A stretch of DNA of 64,000 nt from assembly GCA_964019335.1 (NCBI GenBank), contig OZ025718.1, positions 310,001 through 374,000 of the forward strand. The letters run 5' to 3'. The DNA is from Diplonema japonicum (Eukaryota > Protista > Euglenozoa: Diplonemea). Under the pieces are notes generated by a model that was given only the letters and a program-made list of their open reading frames with translations, had not been told where the DNA came from and did no database searches. Within the stretch, counting starts at the first letter, position 1. Each line of letters begins with the position of its first letter. The translations under genes were made by a program, and so were the position numbers. Below are positions 33,901 to 44,146 of this stretch, piece after piece.

Positions 33901-35257
33901 CTTGAAGTTTTTGTTTCGCCATTAAATCGCGTTCACCGTCTTGTTCGCGGAGGTAGTCTTCAAAACCGCGTTCAGTTCCTTCGGTTCGAAGCCGCATTTT
34001 GGGGCGGTCCCGTGAGTATTCTGCGAACATTTGATTCACAAGATCGTGGTTTCGAAGTGCCCACATTAATTTTTGCAAATGCGCGCGTTTGATGCTGATG
34101 CGGCCTTCTGTGATCTGCGTTTCGATGGCGCAGGTGTCGAATTGCTTGTAAGCCGGTTCCGACGACAAAAGGTCTGCAACAAGCTTGACAAGACGTTTTT
34201 GTTTCACATTGCAAAACGTCAACACACCGGGAACCTCTGTTTTAACGTTAATCTCACTACCTCCAGATTCTGCCGCGTACACCCATAATTTTTCAAGCCA
34301 CACCGCCATTGGGTTCAACATGGTAATGTCAACCGCAGTAGGAAGTGACACATCTCCGTAACCACCGTATTGAAGACATTTTAATCCATTCCGCCACCTT
34401 GTACAGATTTGCGATGCGGTGAGGGATTCTGTTACTCCTGGTTCGACCTCCATGGTTGCCTTTTTGAAGGATAAGTGAAGCTCCGCTTCGCGACCCGATA
34501 TGAAGTCTCTGTACTGAATGTGCAAACAGTGTGATGGTTTCACACCTGAGGACTTCGCGCTGGACCAGACTGCGTTGGAAACTGTGCATGGGTCCCATGA
34601 CCCGTCCTCTGCTGGTTCTATTCTGTAGACGCCATCTTCTCCGTCTTCAAAATCTGCGATAAAAATGGTGCAGTTTTTTACCTTGTCGGGTACCGTTCTG
34701 AGGGACACATCGAATGTTGGTTTATCTTTTTTGTTCGATAGGCCGAGCTCTTCTTCTTGCTTGTAACGGAGTTCCATTTGTTGGTGCTTTGCGTCCATTT
34801 TTGCGCTGTTGGTTTCGAGTTTTTTTTTGGCGGCGTCGAGTTTTTCTTTTTGCGTGACAGATCTGAAATGGAGCTTCATGCTGTCTTCCGATAGGTTCAG
34901 CCAGATGTCTTTTTTGTCGCCTTTTTCTCGCCACCAGAACGCTTTGCAGCCTTTGCGGAGGGAGTGGAGCAGATTTTCCATTGTTTCATCTTTTATTTCG
35001 GAGCGTTTTGCCCTCTCTTCTCCAGTTTCATTGACGTCTGGAAGAAGGTGCTCGCCCACCATTCCTGTCATCCCGGCCAACATGGACGGTCTTGGAAAAA
35101 AGCAAGCTGTTTCATCTTCAGTTATACAACTTGAGATTGCATCCCCCATGAAAGAAGCAGTGCTCTTCGCCGTCTTTCTACTCCCAGCTCCTGATTCAGA
35201 TGTTGCTGTGGCATATTTCCCAGATGACGTTGTTTTTCCACCGAAGAAACTGGGCAT
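30995..35257 (-). CDS. Phosphoinositide phospholipase C-like protein (PH-like, X, Y, C2), catalytically degenerate, with C-terminal CaaX
   Basis: RPLKDFYIATSINS, IKDNAFKFSPTPFILVVE, AGVQMVGIDY, YGYLLKP, C2 domain DPYVEIRVDG...DNGYCPRWD. 69-nt intron at 31147-31215. Ends CNCVLQ*. Confidence 0.85.
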   Translation of the reverse strand: MPSFFGGKTTSSGKYATATSESGAGSRKTAKSTASFMGDAISSCITEDETACFFPRPSMLAGMTGMVGEHLLPDVNETGEERAKRSEIKDETMENLLHSLRKGCKAFWWREKGDKKDIWLNLSEDSMKLHFRSVTQKEKLDAAKKKLETNSAKMDAKHQQMELRYKQEEELGLSNKKDKPTFDVSLRTVPDKVKNCTIFIADFEDGEDGVYRIEPAEDGSWDPCTVSNAVWSSAKSSGVKPSHCLHIQYRDFISGREAELHLSFKKATMEVEPGVTESLTASQICTRWRNGLKCLQYGGYGDVSLPTAVDITMLNPMAVWLEKLWVYAAESGGSEINVKTEVPGVLTFCNVKQKRLVKLVADLLSSEPAYKQFDTCAIETQITEGRISIKRAHLQKLMWALRNHDLVNQMFAEYSRDRPKMRLRTEGTERGFEDYLREQDGERDLMAKQKLQEKELKTSFSNDQLTLKSKLRSLKEERDHLRKGVRERRDQTILMVQEHILKYYKSEISKAKFTTFLMHSVINTAFNPWATVEPEWAQYTPDSLELGVGVWGRPLKDFYIATSINSAYGIVSNIAPTTYLPYGCTKILTPREALSRTMSEFNPRAIHLCPRDKRVGRRSKGNWRVGTSGYPHDFPIEKKPVAVFDTDAPPPDNKEHPSHFYKPIREKGESLSEMLWIIKDNAFKFSPTPFILVVEVADGPNWVADHNSIAGVLKDVLGTVQHPGSCTCGTVGKAASHGTIITPNEMYETPAGAAKDGSARTAVKSVKEMGGVASLPLGLLYKRFIIAIKGVVTDAKASPWIPLTKRAVQTELSRIATLEIIPSCAPDRSEPYCKDVMSEKLCSHNPARNDACVKKPTAMSWPDSGDIHDNPHQHQRRQSVRERSMSVISAAQPTPRQLTRPNGEFMVCWTEDEIKSKLDKIDKWQFRQMREEIKDINESSEKSTTHGLHLPIDDAELPKKSDYINELHTWTRCHMTYVVAERETNDRIFGVGDKVKFTTNGEPGSGTIDKWKTQNEFLIKTSTEKLVSSKDCDTVTRPTADSIGKDRNQKWSNWKKHSAAESCTPLFDGVGNAFSAGVQMVGIDYLPNPHTRAGKDAIALRSLYRSKFRMSHKGSYGYLLKPTHLLSDPEDDTSGGSKSSNHDNKEATQEELDAGRRWRETGPCTFICKITSAQFLPSGPADGEKGESLLDALNPAAHIKKAFSKEDDQLAAIVDPYVEIRVDGVLEDCFAARTRSLQDNGYCPRWDDSWSIPITQKEHAVLTLTVYHDDGSDEGVFLARGSLPLVACRLGYRALFLYDENEKRLSTCPTITCHFREAVSGDPVQKAADIKRLERMRDETKHLVGVKRMIFFWGFFFFFFILIFFFFFFVETQLLQLRESLRTSARQLAQIRKGHQKAKEINEKYSRSYCLMENCNCVLQ

Positions 35258-35261
35258 TTTC

Positions 35262-35292
<31 letters not shown>

Positions 35293-35916
35293 TCCTCCCT
35301 CCCCCCCTTTTTTTTTGTTGTTGTTAACCGCAAAAAGGTATATAACAATTACAGAATAAAAAAAAAAAAAAAAGAAAGGGGTGGGGTAATTTTGAGGGGC
35401 AGAGAAGAAAGGAAGAGAAAAAATATAAAAAAAAAGAGAGAAAGAAAAGAGAAAGAAAAGAAAAAAAAGCAGAAAAAAGAAAAAATGAAAGAGAGATTTT
35501 TTTCTTCTTTTTTTTGGGGGGGGTTGGTAAAAAAAAAGGAGTGGGGTTGGGCTATTTTTTCCCCTACTTTTTTTTTGGGGGGGAAAAAAAAGAAGAAAAA
35601 AAAAAGATGGGAAAAAAAAAAAAAAAAAAAGCTTGAGGGGGTTTTTTTTTTATTGAATTTTCCCTCTGATTGTCTAGTGTTTTCTTTTTCCCCTCAAATC
35701 TGGAGAAAGAAAATACAGTTTTAAAAAAAAAGAAAAAAAAAAGAGGGGGAAGCTTAGTAGTACATCAAGGAGGAGTGGTGCCATGACCGAAAACAGTTTT
35801 TTTTCTTCTTTTTTTTTCTTCCTTCTTCTTATTCGTTGCCCTTTCTTTCTTTGACAGATAAGGTAGCAGAGAGAAAGGGATGAACTTCCTTTTTTTTTTT
35901 TTAAATTTCCCTGTTG

Positions 35917-35947
<31 letters not shown>

Positions 35948-37117
35948 TTTTTTTTTCTTTTTCAAATTAAAGCTTGCCCTCCTATTCTCCCGTAAGTCGA
36001 GGCCGTTTATGTTTGAACACGCCAACTGCAGGCCTAAATAAGGGGAGGGGAACTGAGAAAAGAAGAATGGGGGAAAAGAAAAAAGGGAAAAAAAAAAAAA
36101 AAAAAAAAAGAAAAAAAAAACTTGATCTTTAAACGTCTAGGCGTTGCAAAAGCCGATGGCACTCCTACGGCCACCATAGTCAGGCAACGAAGTCTCTTGG
36201 CCACCCATTTTAGTGGGGGATATTTCTTTTTTTCTTTTTTTTTTTTTTTTCTTTTCGCCGAAACCAAATGCGATTCGATATTTCCCTTCTAGGTCTTGGA
36301 AAAAAAAAAAAAAAAAAAAAAAGAGGCTTCTTTTCTTTTTTTTTTTTTGAAAGTTTCCTCTTTCAGTTTTCCCACTCAACGCTCTGGGGGTATTTCCCAC
36401 ATCAAAAAAAATGGGGGGGGTGAAATCTTTTCGATAAAACTTTTTAGTGTGCACGGGGAGGGAAGGCTCACTAATCTTTTTTTTTCAAGTGGGGATGGGT
36501 GCTTCCATCTAAAAGCCCCTGTAACTTTATTTTTTTTTCTTTCTTTCTTTCTAGTTAGTCACTTCACAGACACATTTCAATACCCGTGTGCAGTATCTGA
36601 AGAAGTACTGGATGAAGGGGAGGGGGGTGATAGTGATTCTCTTTAGGAATCTTTTTTTTTTTTTAAACTTCCTTTTTTTTTCGCTTCATCAAGCTTTCCC
36701 TGATCAGATGGACTATTTGAGAGAGTAACCCCCCCCCCCCCCCCCCCCCCCCCTTACCCATTTTTTCTTCCCCGTAAAAAAGTAAATTGAAAGCCCCAGT
36801 AACCTTCTGTCTCCCCCAATCCATTTGTTTCTTTCTTTTCTTTCCCCCTATTTTTTTTTTTTATTTGCAGCTTACATACATGCAAGTAAAGAAAAATCAG
36901 TTGAACAAGGGTAAGGAGATGGTAAACAAGGGGAGGGAAAGCAGAGAGGGGGGGGGGGGGGGGGGGGGAGTGCCTGTCTGCCTGGGAAAATAAAGAAAAG
37001 AAAAAAATGTGAGGATAGTTTCAGTAACCAGCTACTGCAGCCTTCGAGGTGTCCCGAAGGTTGGGGCTTTGTGAATGTGTTTGAGATTCTTTTTTCTTTT
37101 TTTCTTTTTTCTTTCTT

Positions 37118-37150
<33 letters not shown>

Positions 37151-37394
37151 CAGCTCTTTTTTTTTTTTTTTTTCCTTTTTTTTTTTTTTTTTTTTTTTTT
37201 TGCGCTTTACTAAGAACACTTACCAGACATTACATGAGGGGACAAAAAAAAAGAAGAAAAAAAAACCGGAGGGGGGTGGTGGTGGAGTGGGGACGACAAC
37301 CTAACGAGTAAGAAAAAAGTATAAAAAAAAAATAAAAAGAAGAAAAAAGAAAATTTGAAAAAAAAAGTTTTTTTTCGCGTCTATTTTTTTTTTT

Positions 37395-37435
<41 letters not shown>

Positions 37436-38548
37436 ATTTTACGATTAGAAGAATCCCGTTAAAAAAAAAAAAAAAAAAACTCCTTTACCTCTAACGTTAA
37501 TATGCTTCAAAAAAAAAAAATACGGTTTATTGCCACAAAAGGCTATTCCATCGCTCAACAAAACGGGGAAAAAAAAAAGAAGAAGAATAAAAACAGAATG
37601 GTTTTGTACACCTTTAGAATTTGAGATCGCGCACACCGAGCAAACATCAGAATAGCTCCTCTACCCATTCTTTCTACCTGGAAAAGAAAAAAAAAATTAG
37701 AATTGTGCGCAATCTCACATGTATACTAACCCATCTGAGAGGAAAAACCTAAATGGGCAGATGATGATTTGTGTACCCATCACAAAGAAAAAGTAGGGGG
37801 TTGGAGAGCCTTTCTTCTTTTTGTAAAACAAAAGCTCACACAGATCCTGTGCCAGAATTCAAAGCCAGAAGGCTTCAGACCGTAGGGGACGGATGATGGG
37901 ACAAAGGTTCTCCTCTAGTGCGAGCTGGTCCTTTTGCCCCCCCCCCCCCCCCACCAGTCTGCCTGTCTAAATCTACCGACACCCGGGCGAAGTTACCTAA
38001 AAGAAATGAAGGGGAAAATAAAATAATTATTTAATCCTCCCCTCCTCTTCTTCCTAAAGGTCAAACAAAAAAAAAACAAAAAAAAAGAAACACGAATTTA
38101 AGAGTACATCGATTCTGTTTCTTTCCTCCCCTTTTTTTTCCTGCGAATCTCCCCCCCCCTTTTTTTAAAAAAAAGAAGTAACTAGTAAAAAAAGGGGGGG
38201 GGGAAAGTAAAATAAAAAAGATGGAGATGTATAAAATTTTTCGTTACACCTGAAATAATAAAAAAAGAAAAAAGAAAAAAAAGAACGAAACGAAAAAGTT
38301 TTTTTTTTAAAAAAAAGAAAAAAAGGCATTGTTATTGCTTTTTTTTCTTTCTTCCCCCCCCCACAAAAAACTTTGTCTAATTTTTTTTTACCCTTAGTTT
38401 TCTCTTCCGTTTTTTTTTTTTTTTTTTCCATTTTTTTTTCCTCCTTTTTTCATGTTTTTACCGGGTAAAAAAAAATCTAAAAAAAAAGGGGTATTGGGAA
38501 GGGGGTTTTTTTTTTTCATTTTCATTTTCATTTTTTTTTTTTTTTCTT

Positions 38549-41101
38549 TCACGCAGTTTTAGAGTTTGCATCCGATTCTTGTGGGATGGGTTGCATGGGT
38601 TCCGTGGGAGAGGAGGGTGAGGCACCAGAATAGGTAGGAGGACCCCGCGAAGCGCGAGACGACCCCCTCCCGTTTTTGAACTGGTTTTGCTGGCCCCTGC
38701 CGCGTCCCCGCCAGTTGCCCATCCACATTCTTCTTTTCTGCTGCACCGCCTCAGAGAAGAAAATAGGGGCAGATGACTGGGTTGAGTGGGTAGAACAATC
38801 TGTAGCATTCTTGGCCTCCTGCCAACCTCGCTGCTGCCATTTCATTGCTTCAACGTTACTACCTGCGAGCCTGCCTTGCGTAATGAGACGTTGGATAAGC
38901 GAGTCAAGGAATGATTTCATCTTTTTTTTTTTTTTTTTTTTGAAAAAAAAAAAAAAAAAATACCTCGGGCTTTTTCCACCTGCTCCTTCTTCGGATGAAT
39001 TGATGGTCCTTCATGACCTTCGCGGGGGGCCGTTCGTCAGGGTTGAACTCAAGGCAATTCTTGCAGAAATCCTTGAACGGGGCAGACAGCGTGACCCACA
39101 CCGCCGATAAATTTTCGTTCGCCTCGATTGTCTGTATCACCGAGGCCCACGAAACGTGTTCTCTCAGTTTTTGCTCGTCCGGGTCGAAATCCCTTGAGAT
39201 GAGGTAAGATGAGGTGGCCGAGGCTGAAAACAGGTGGGTATTGCTCCCGCTGTGAAGCCCCAAAGCGCACTCTAACGCGGACACGCCCAAGGACCACAAG
39301 TCAGCCGCCTGCGTGCATTTTTTCGACGCAACCGCCATCTCGGGAGGCATGTAGAGCCTCGTCCCCCCTGCGTAACCAACATCCCTGAAACCAGCAAGGC
39401 CGAAATCGCCGATTTTAACCATCGCCCAGTTATCGATGAGGATGTTCCCCGGCTTGATGTCCTGGTGCACCATATTCACGGTTTTGCCGTCACTGAAGAT
39501 TTTTTTTTTTTTATAGAAAAAAAAAAAAAAAAATATGAGTTAAAGGAGGCCGGTGTTGGCGGCGCCCTAAAAAAACCCCCTGTAGGCATCTGCGTCCGTC
39601 CAGCCCCATTTTGGCACCCCTTTTGGGTGCGGGAAAAAAAAAAAAAAAAAAAAAAAAAAAAACATACGCGTCTTCGAGATTATGGAGAAACTCCAACCCC
39701 CTTAAAACCATTTCCATCACATAGCTCAGAATCGGTTCGGGGAGCGGGGTCAGGACGTCATGGTGTGCGGGGGGCGTGGTGGGACCGTCTTTTCTAAAAA
39801 AAAATTTTTTTTTTCTTCCTTCCCTTCCAAAAAATCACATACTCGGGGACTTGTATCCTATCCATGGGGTTAGGCCCGCCCTGGGAAATCATCTGCACCA
39901 TGTACCGCAGCTCGTCGGCGGGGATACGCGCGATGGTGAGCATGAGGTCGTCTAGAGAGCCAAAGTGCATGAATTCCATGAGGATCTGGAACTCCTGTTC
40001 GGTTTCGAAAGGACGGAGCGGGGTCACCACGTGGGTGGAACGCTTCTTGTTCTTCTTGCTGAGCATGCCGCCTGTTACGGCGATCCACGTTTTGAGCTCG
40101 TTGAGCGCGGCTTTTGAAATTTTATCGTAATCTTCTCGACAACCGCTTGTGTCAAGCTTCATGACCTTAATGGCCTTGATGTCGGAGGGCTTGGGGAAGT
40201 GTCGGTTTTCTTTCTTCGCTTTGGCCTCGTCGGCTCGTATCCAGCATTTGTAGACCGTTCCGTAGGCGCCGCTTCCAAGCGTGTTTGTTTCGTCGATGAC
40301 GAGATCCCGTAGATCGAGGTCGGAGGCCTGTTTGATGGGTTTCAACGTTTTCATGGTTTTCTTGTTGCCCGCGAAAGGTTTGCTGACGGCGGATCGGATC
40401 TGGTTGTCCACCTGCGCCTTCGCGTTTTTAATGGACGATTGCGAGCCGGATGTTACATCGTTGATCAAAGTAAGCTGCCGGGTAGCCCCCACAAACTTCA
40501 ACGATTTTCCAATAAAATTTTTGCTAGTCGGCGATGGCGGCGGGCTCGGCACCGGTGCCGGTTCCGGTTTCGCCGCGATAACTATTGCAGGCGGTCCTAT
40601 CGGGGATATTTTAAGCCCGAGGGGTTTTTTTTTGGTTTTCCCGCCAGGTTTTCTACCGAATGGCGACATGGGGCTAACAGGGGAATCTATATTAGCTTTA
40701 TCCAAGCTTTCTTGAAGCTCCCGTTGGTAAGCGGAAATATCTGTTGTTGATTTTGATTTTGCTTCCTCGGCAGCTACCGCGGGGAGAACCTGCTCCTTCG
40801 TCACCTTGCATTTGTAGCAATCCGAGCGTTTTTTCGATCCCCAGTTAAGTGCCGCGCAGTGGAGGCAGGTCCAGTCCAATATGTTACCGGTGCTGTTAGA
40901 CAGTCTCAGGTTTCTCACAGGGGGGGGTAGTGGTGCTTCCTCCTCCTTGCCATCTTTCTTCACAATGTGAGTTCCATCTGCTCTGACATAAATTAACTCT
41001 CCCCCGGCAGTCCTCTTCAGCTCCGCCCTCCCTTTTATATTCACAACATGAAGGATAGTTTTCGAGTTCTCATCATCGTCCTCAGCGCTTTGATCATTCA
41101 T
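38549..41101 (-). CDS. MAP2K/STE7-like protein kinase with a RanBP2-type zinc finger
   Basis: WTCLHCAALNW...CYKC; LGSGAYGTVYK, AIKVM, MEFMHFGSL, LPEPILSYV...LRGLEFLH, HQDIKPGNIL, DFG, GTRLYMPPE, ADLWSLG. Introns at 39794-39842, 39493-39667 and 38921-38963. Confidence 0.88.
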
Positions 41102-42161
41102 ATAGCATGCAAAAGGGGGTGGGGGGTGTGGGGAAATGAGAAACAGAGAAGGGTTAGTTTCGACGATCCAAGTATGGGGTGGGGGGGATGGGGTGTTGGT
41201 TTTTTTTTTTGTTTCCAAAAAAAAAAAAAATGAAACGAAACGGAAGGATAAAAAAAAAAGGGTTAGAGAAAAAAAAAGTTTTTTTTTTGTCGCGGGAGGG
41301 GGGGGGGGGGGGGGGGGAGGGTGTGGGGGGGGAAGATAAAAAGCTACAACTCTGTGATGATGGTATTTCTTTTTATACAAAGGTGTCGGCAAATATAAAT
41401 AACTAAAAAATAAGGGAAGAAACAGGGGGGGGGGGGGGGGGGGATGGCTAGAAACCTATAAAAGTTTGTCGCCAAGAAAAGCACGCTGCAAAAAAAAAAA
41501 AAAAAAAAGTTGTCTCGATTTTAGTGGTGCCATGCAGTATGTGACACAGCGGCCACCCTTGTGAAACTTCGCCCCGAAGCCTCCCAAGTCCCCTGTGGTC
41601 CCGTAGAAAGTAAAAGTGGAGAAGTAAAGAAAGCTTGGAAATTGAAATAGGGAGAGGGGCCACAGAAGCAATTAAACACCAACTGGAGAGTTGTGGGAGG
41701 CTTGCTTCACTGGCACGATGCCGCGGGGAGGCTACTTGCCTGACCTGGTGAAGCCACCTCCTTGTTCGATGTAATGGGATAAGGGACTCTCCGTTGAGGG
41801 CGATGCTAACTGGCGCCACGCGTAGGGTGGGCTCTCCACCCCCGTCCAGGTTTCCCCACGTGTACGGCTTTAGAACGAGAGTTTCCCTTTCGCTTGTGTT
41901 TCTCCAAACCACAATTACCAGGAACCACCACAGGGAGGTTGGAAACATTGGTCCCCCCCCAAAAAAAAAAAAGAAAAAAAAGAGAGAGAAAGTGCCCGGT
42001 TACTTAGCAAGATCACCCCCACCCACCCAAAAAAAAAAAAGTAAGATTAAAACATTTGTGACACAGACAGCCACAATGGCTAAAAGTGGCGAATTTTGGG
42101 ATATTTTATCGGTCAAAGGGCCACCTGTGCAGGGGGTTCATCAATCAATTAATGACGAAAG

Positions 42162-42198
<37 letters not shown>

Positions 42199-42390
42199 CC
42201 TTACAATACCACTAGAAGAACCGCCATAGTAGCTTGCGTGTATCAATAAAGTGCCCCCCACCCCCCCAGCTGAAACTCTAAAAGTTTTTGAGTTGACCAC
42301 TAAAAGGCCCCTCTTCGAAACGCTGCACAGCATCCTCTTTTTTTTCTCCCTTTTTTTTTTTCTTTTTTTTTTTTTTTCTTTTTCTTGTGT

Positions 42391-43977
42391 TCAAGCAAAC
42401 ATTCCCTTGTACTTGCCCATCTCCGCTTTTTTGAACGCTTTTTGCAGCACCTGTATTTTCGCCTCTAGTTTTTGGAAATCCTGGTCAGCGGGGTTCAGCG
42501 CAAGACCCTTCGCGCAGATGACAAGCGCTGCACCATGGTCCTTCGTTTCAGAAAGAGAAACAGCCTTTCGGTACAAAGCCTTGATAGATGTGGGGTCGAG
42601 GTCAAGCGTTTTATCACAGCAGGTGACCGCTAGGTGATAACGTTTAAGCTGCATGGCACAATGCGCCATGTTTGAGTAGCACGCGGAGAGAAGCAACCTT
42701 TGACCATTCTGCGTGGCGTGCGAACCTGCAACAAACCGCAGCTTCACAGCAAGGTCTTTGTATTTCGACAGGGCTGCTTCATGGTTCTTCTGCTTGACAA
42801 GATCGTTACCAGCGATTTTAATACCGGACGCTTCCTCAACGCGCAAAACACACTCCGATACAGAAAGAATTGGCTCGGCATCGGGATGATGTTGGTTTGC
42901 AAAACCTCTTGCAGTACTCCCTTTGTCGGTCATTGTACGCTTGTCGGTGGGGGGCAACGTGAATATCTTAACACTACTGTCGATGCCGGATACTGCGACC
43001 AAAGGAAGATCAGGATGCGGAGTGATACAGTTGACAATACAGCTGTCACCGTGGATTGCCCTGATCAGGTCGCCTGTTGATCGGTTCCATATGAAAAACC
43101 TCCCACAGTCGGATCCTGTCGTGACTGAGTTGTGGTTGTCGAGGTACGCAACTTCTTTTGCAATCGTGTCGACGTTGTGGTGCCCGGAATAGTTTGAAAG
43201 GGTCCGTTTCTCCGAGACCCCGACACGTCTTACGTCACCTTGTGACTGTAATCCCCTGTCTCCTCGCAGGCACGCGAGGAATTCTCGACCATTTTTGTGG
43301 TATTTTACGCTTGAAACACACCCGTTTCCATGTAGTTCCGGTGCGGTGTCAATCTCCGCCACGACACATTTTTCTCCTGATTTTCGGAGATCGCATATTT
43401 TTACAGTTGGAGAGTCCATGCCGAGGGCGAACTCGTGAGGGTTTTCAGGGTTGAAATCAACACCGTTGCAACTTAACGGAAACGTAGCGATGACGTCATG
43501 GTGCTTCGTGCGGAGATCTGTTAACAAGAGGCAATCGGGACGCGACGCCGTCGTCAGAAATATATTCGGGTCGGTTGGTTGAAACGCGATTTTTGTGGTT
43601 CGGCCAGCACTGCTGTTTAAGGAACTTAACTTCCTAGCTTCCTCGATGGAACACAGCGTTACCAAGCTGACGCATCCATCCAGGCCTGCGGTGACTAGGG
43701 TGTCACGGGATCCAGGCTGGAATTGCACCTCTAGAATGTTTGCCATGTGTATTGTTCTCACAGACTCTCGCAGTTCCATCTGTGTGTCTGTCCCGCAGAA
43801 GCCCCACACCTTCACGGTCAGGTCGTCCGACCCACTTGCCATCAGCTCGCCGTCCGTGCTCCAGCTCACACCGTTCACGCACCCACGGTGGCCTTCTAAC
43901 ACTTTCCTGCACTCCAATCTCGATGACCACCCATTTGTAATGTTCTCATAAAGCGCGTGTCGTGTGTCAAATCTCAT
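42391..43977 (-). CDS. DCAF8/WDTC1-like WD40 protein with a C-terminal immunophilin-type TPR domain
   Basis: LEGHRGCVNGVSW...SGSDDL, YSGHHNVDTIAKEV, GSDCGRFFIW, GDSCIVNCITPHP, SGIDSSVKIF; three TPRs ending KYKGMFA. Confidence 0.88.
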   Translation of the reverse strand: MRFDTRHALYENITNGWSSRLECRKVLEGHRGCVNGVSWSTDGELMASGSDDLTVKVWGFCGTDTQMELRESVRTIHMANILEVQFQPGSRDTLVTAGLDGCVSLVTLCSIEEARKLSSLNSSAGRTTKIAFQPTDPNIFLTTASRPDCLLLTDLRTKHHDVIATFPLSCNGVDFNPENPHEFALGMDSPTVKICDLRKSGEKCVVAEIDTAPELHGNGCVSSVKYHKNGREFLACLRGDRGLQSQGDVRRVGVSEKRTLSNYSGHHNVDTIAKEVAYLDNHNSVTTGSDCGRFFIWNRSTGDLIRAIHGDSCIVNCITPHPDLPLVAVSGIDSSVKIFTLPPTDKRTMTDKGSTARGFANQHHPDAEPILSVSECVLRVEEASGIKIAGNDLVKQKNHEAALSKYKDLAVKLRFVAGSHATQNGQRLLLSACYSNMAHCAMQLKRYHLAVTCCDKTLDLDPTSIKALYRKAVSLSETKDHGAALVICAKGLALNPADQDFQKLEAKIQVLQKAFKKAEMGKYKGMFA

Positions 43978-44146
43978 TTTATTTCTTTTGCACCGTTTAG
44001 CCGGTTTGCGACATCCTGTGTATTATTTTTGTTCCAAAAAAAGTTTTTTCGGTAGGGGTGGGGGGGGGGGGGGGGGAAACGAAACCAAGTGTAAAAAAAA
44101 AAAAAAAAAAGAGTACGTTTTCAAGTAGAGGGAGGAAGTAGGTCGA

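Noticed and set aside
37755-37830. C/D box snoRNA (ATGATGA)
   Set aside because: No CTGA D box or terminal stem at a suitable distance. No tRNA or rRNA genes were recognised anywhere in the window.
41335-41368. Resemblance to a euglenozoan spliced-leader exon (AAAAGCTACA...TCTGT...TGGTAT)
   Set aside because: Short, gapped match in AT-rich DNA; the conserved TTTCTGTACTTTATTG end is absent.
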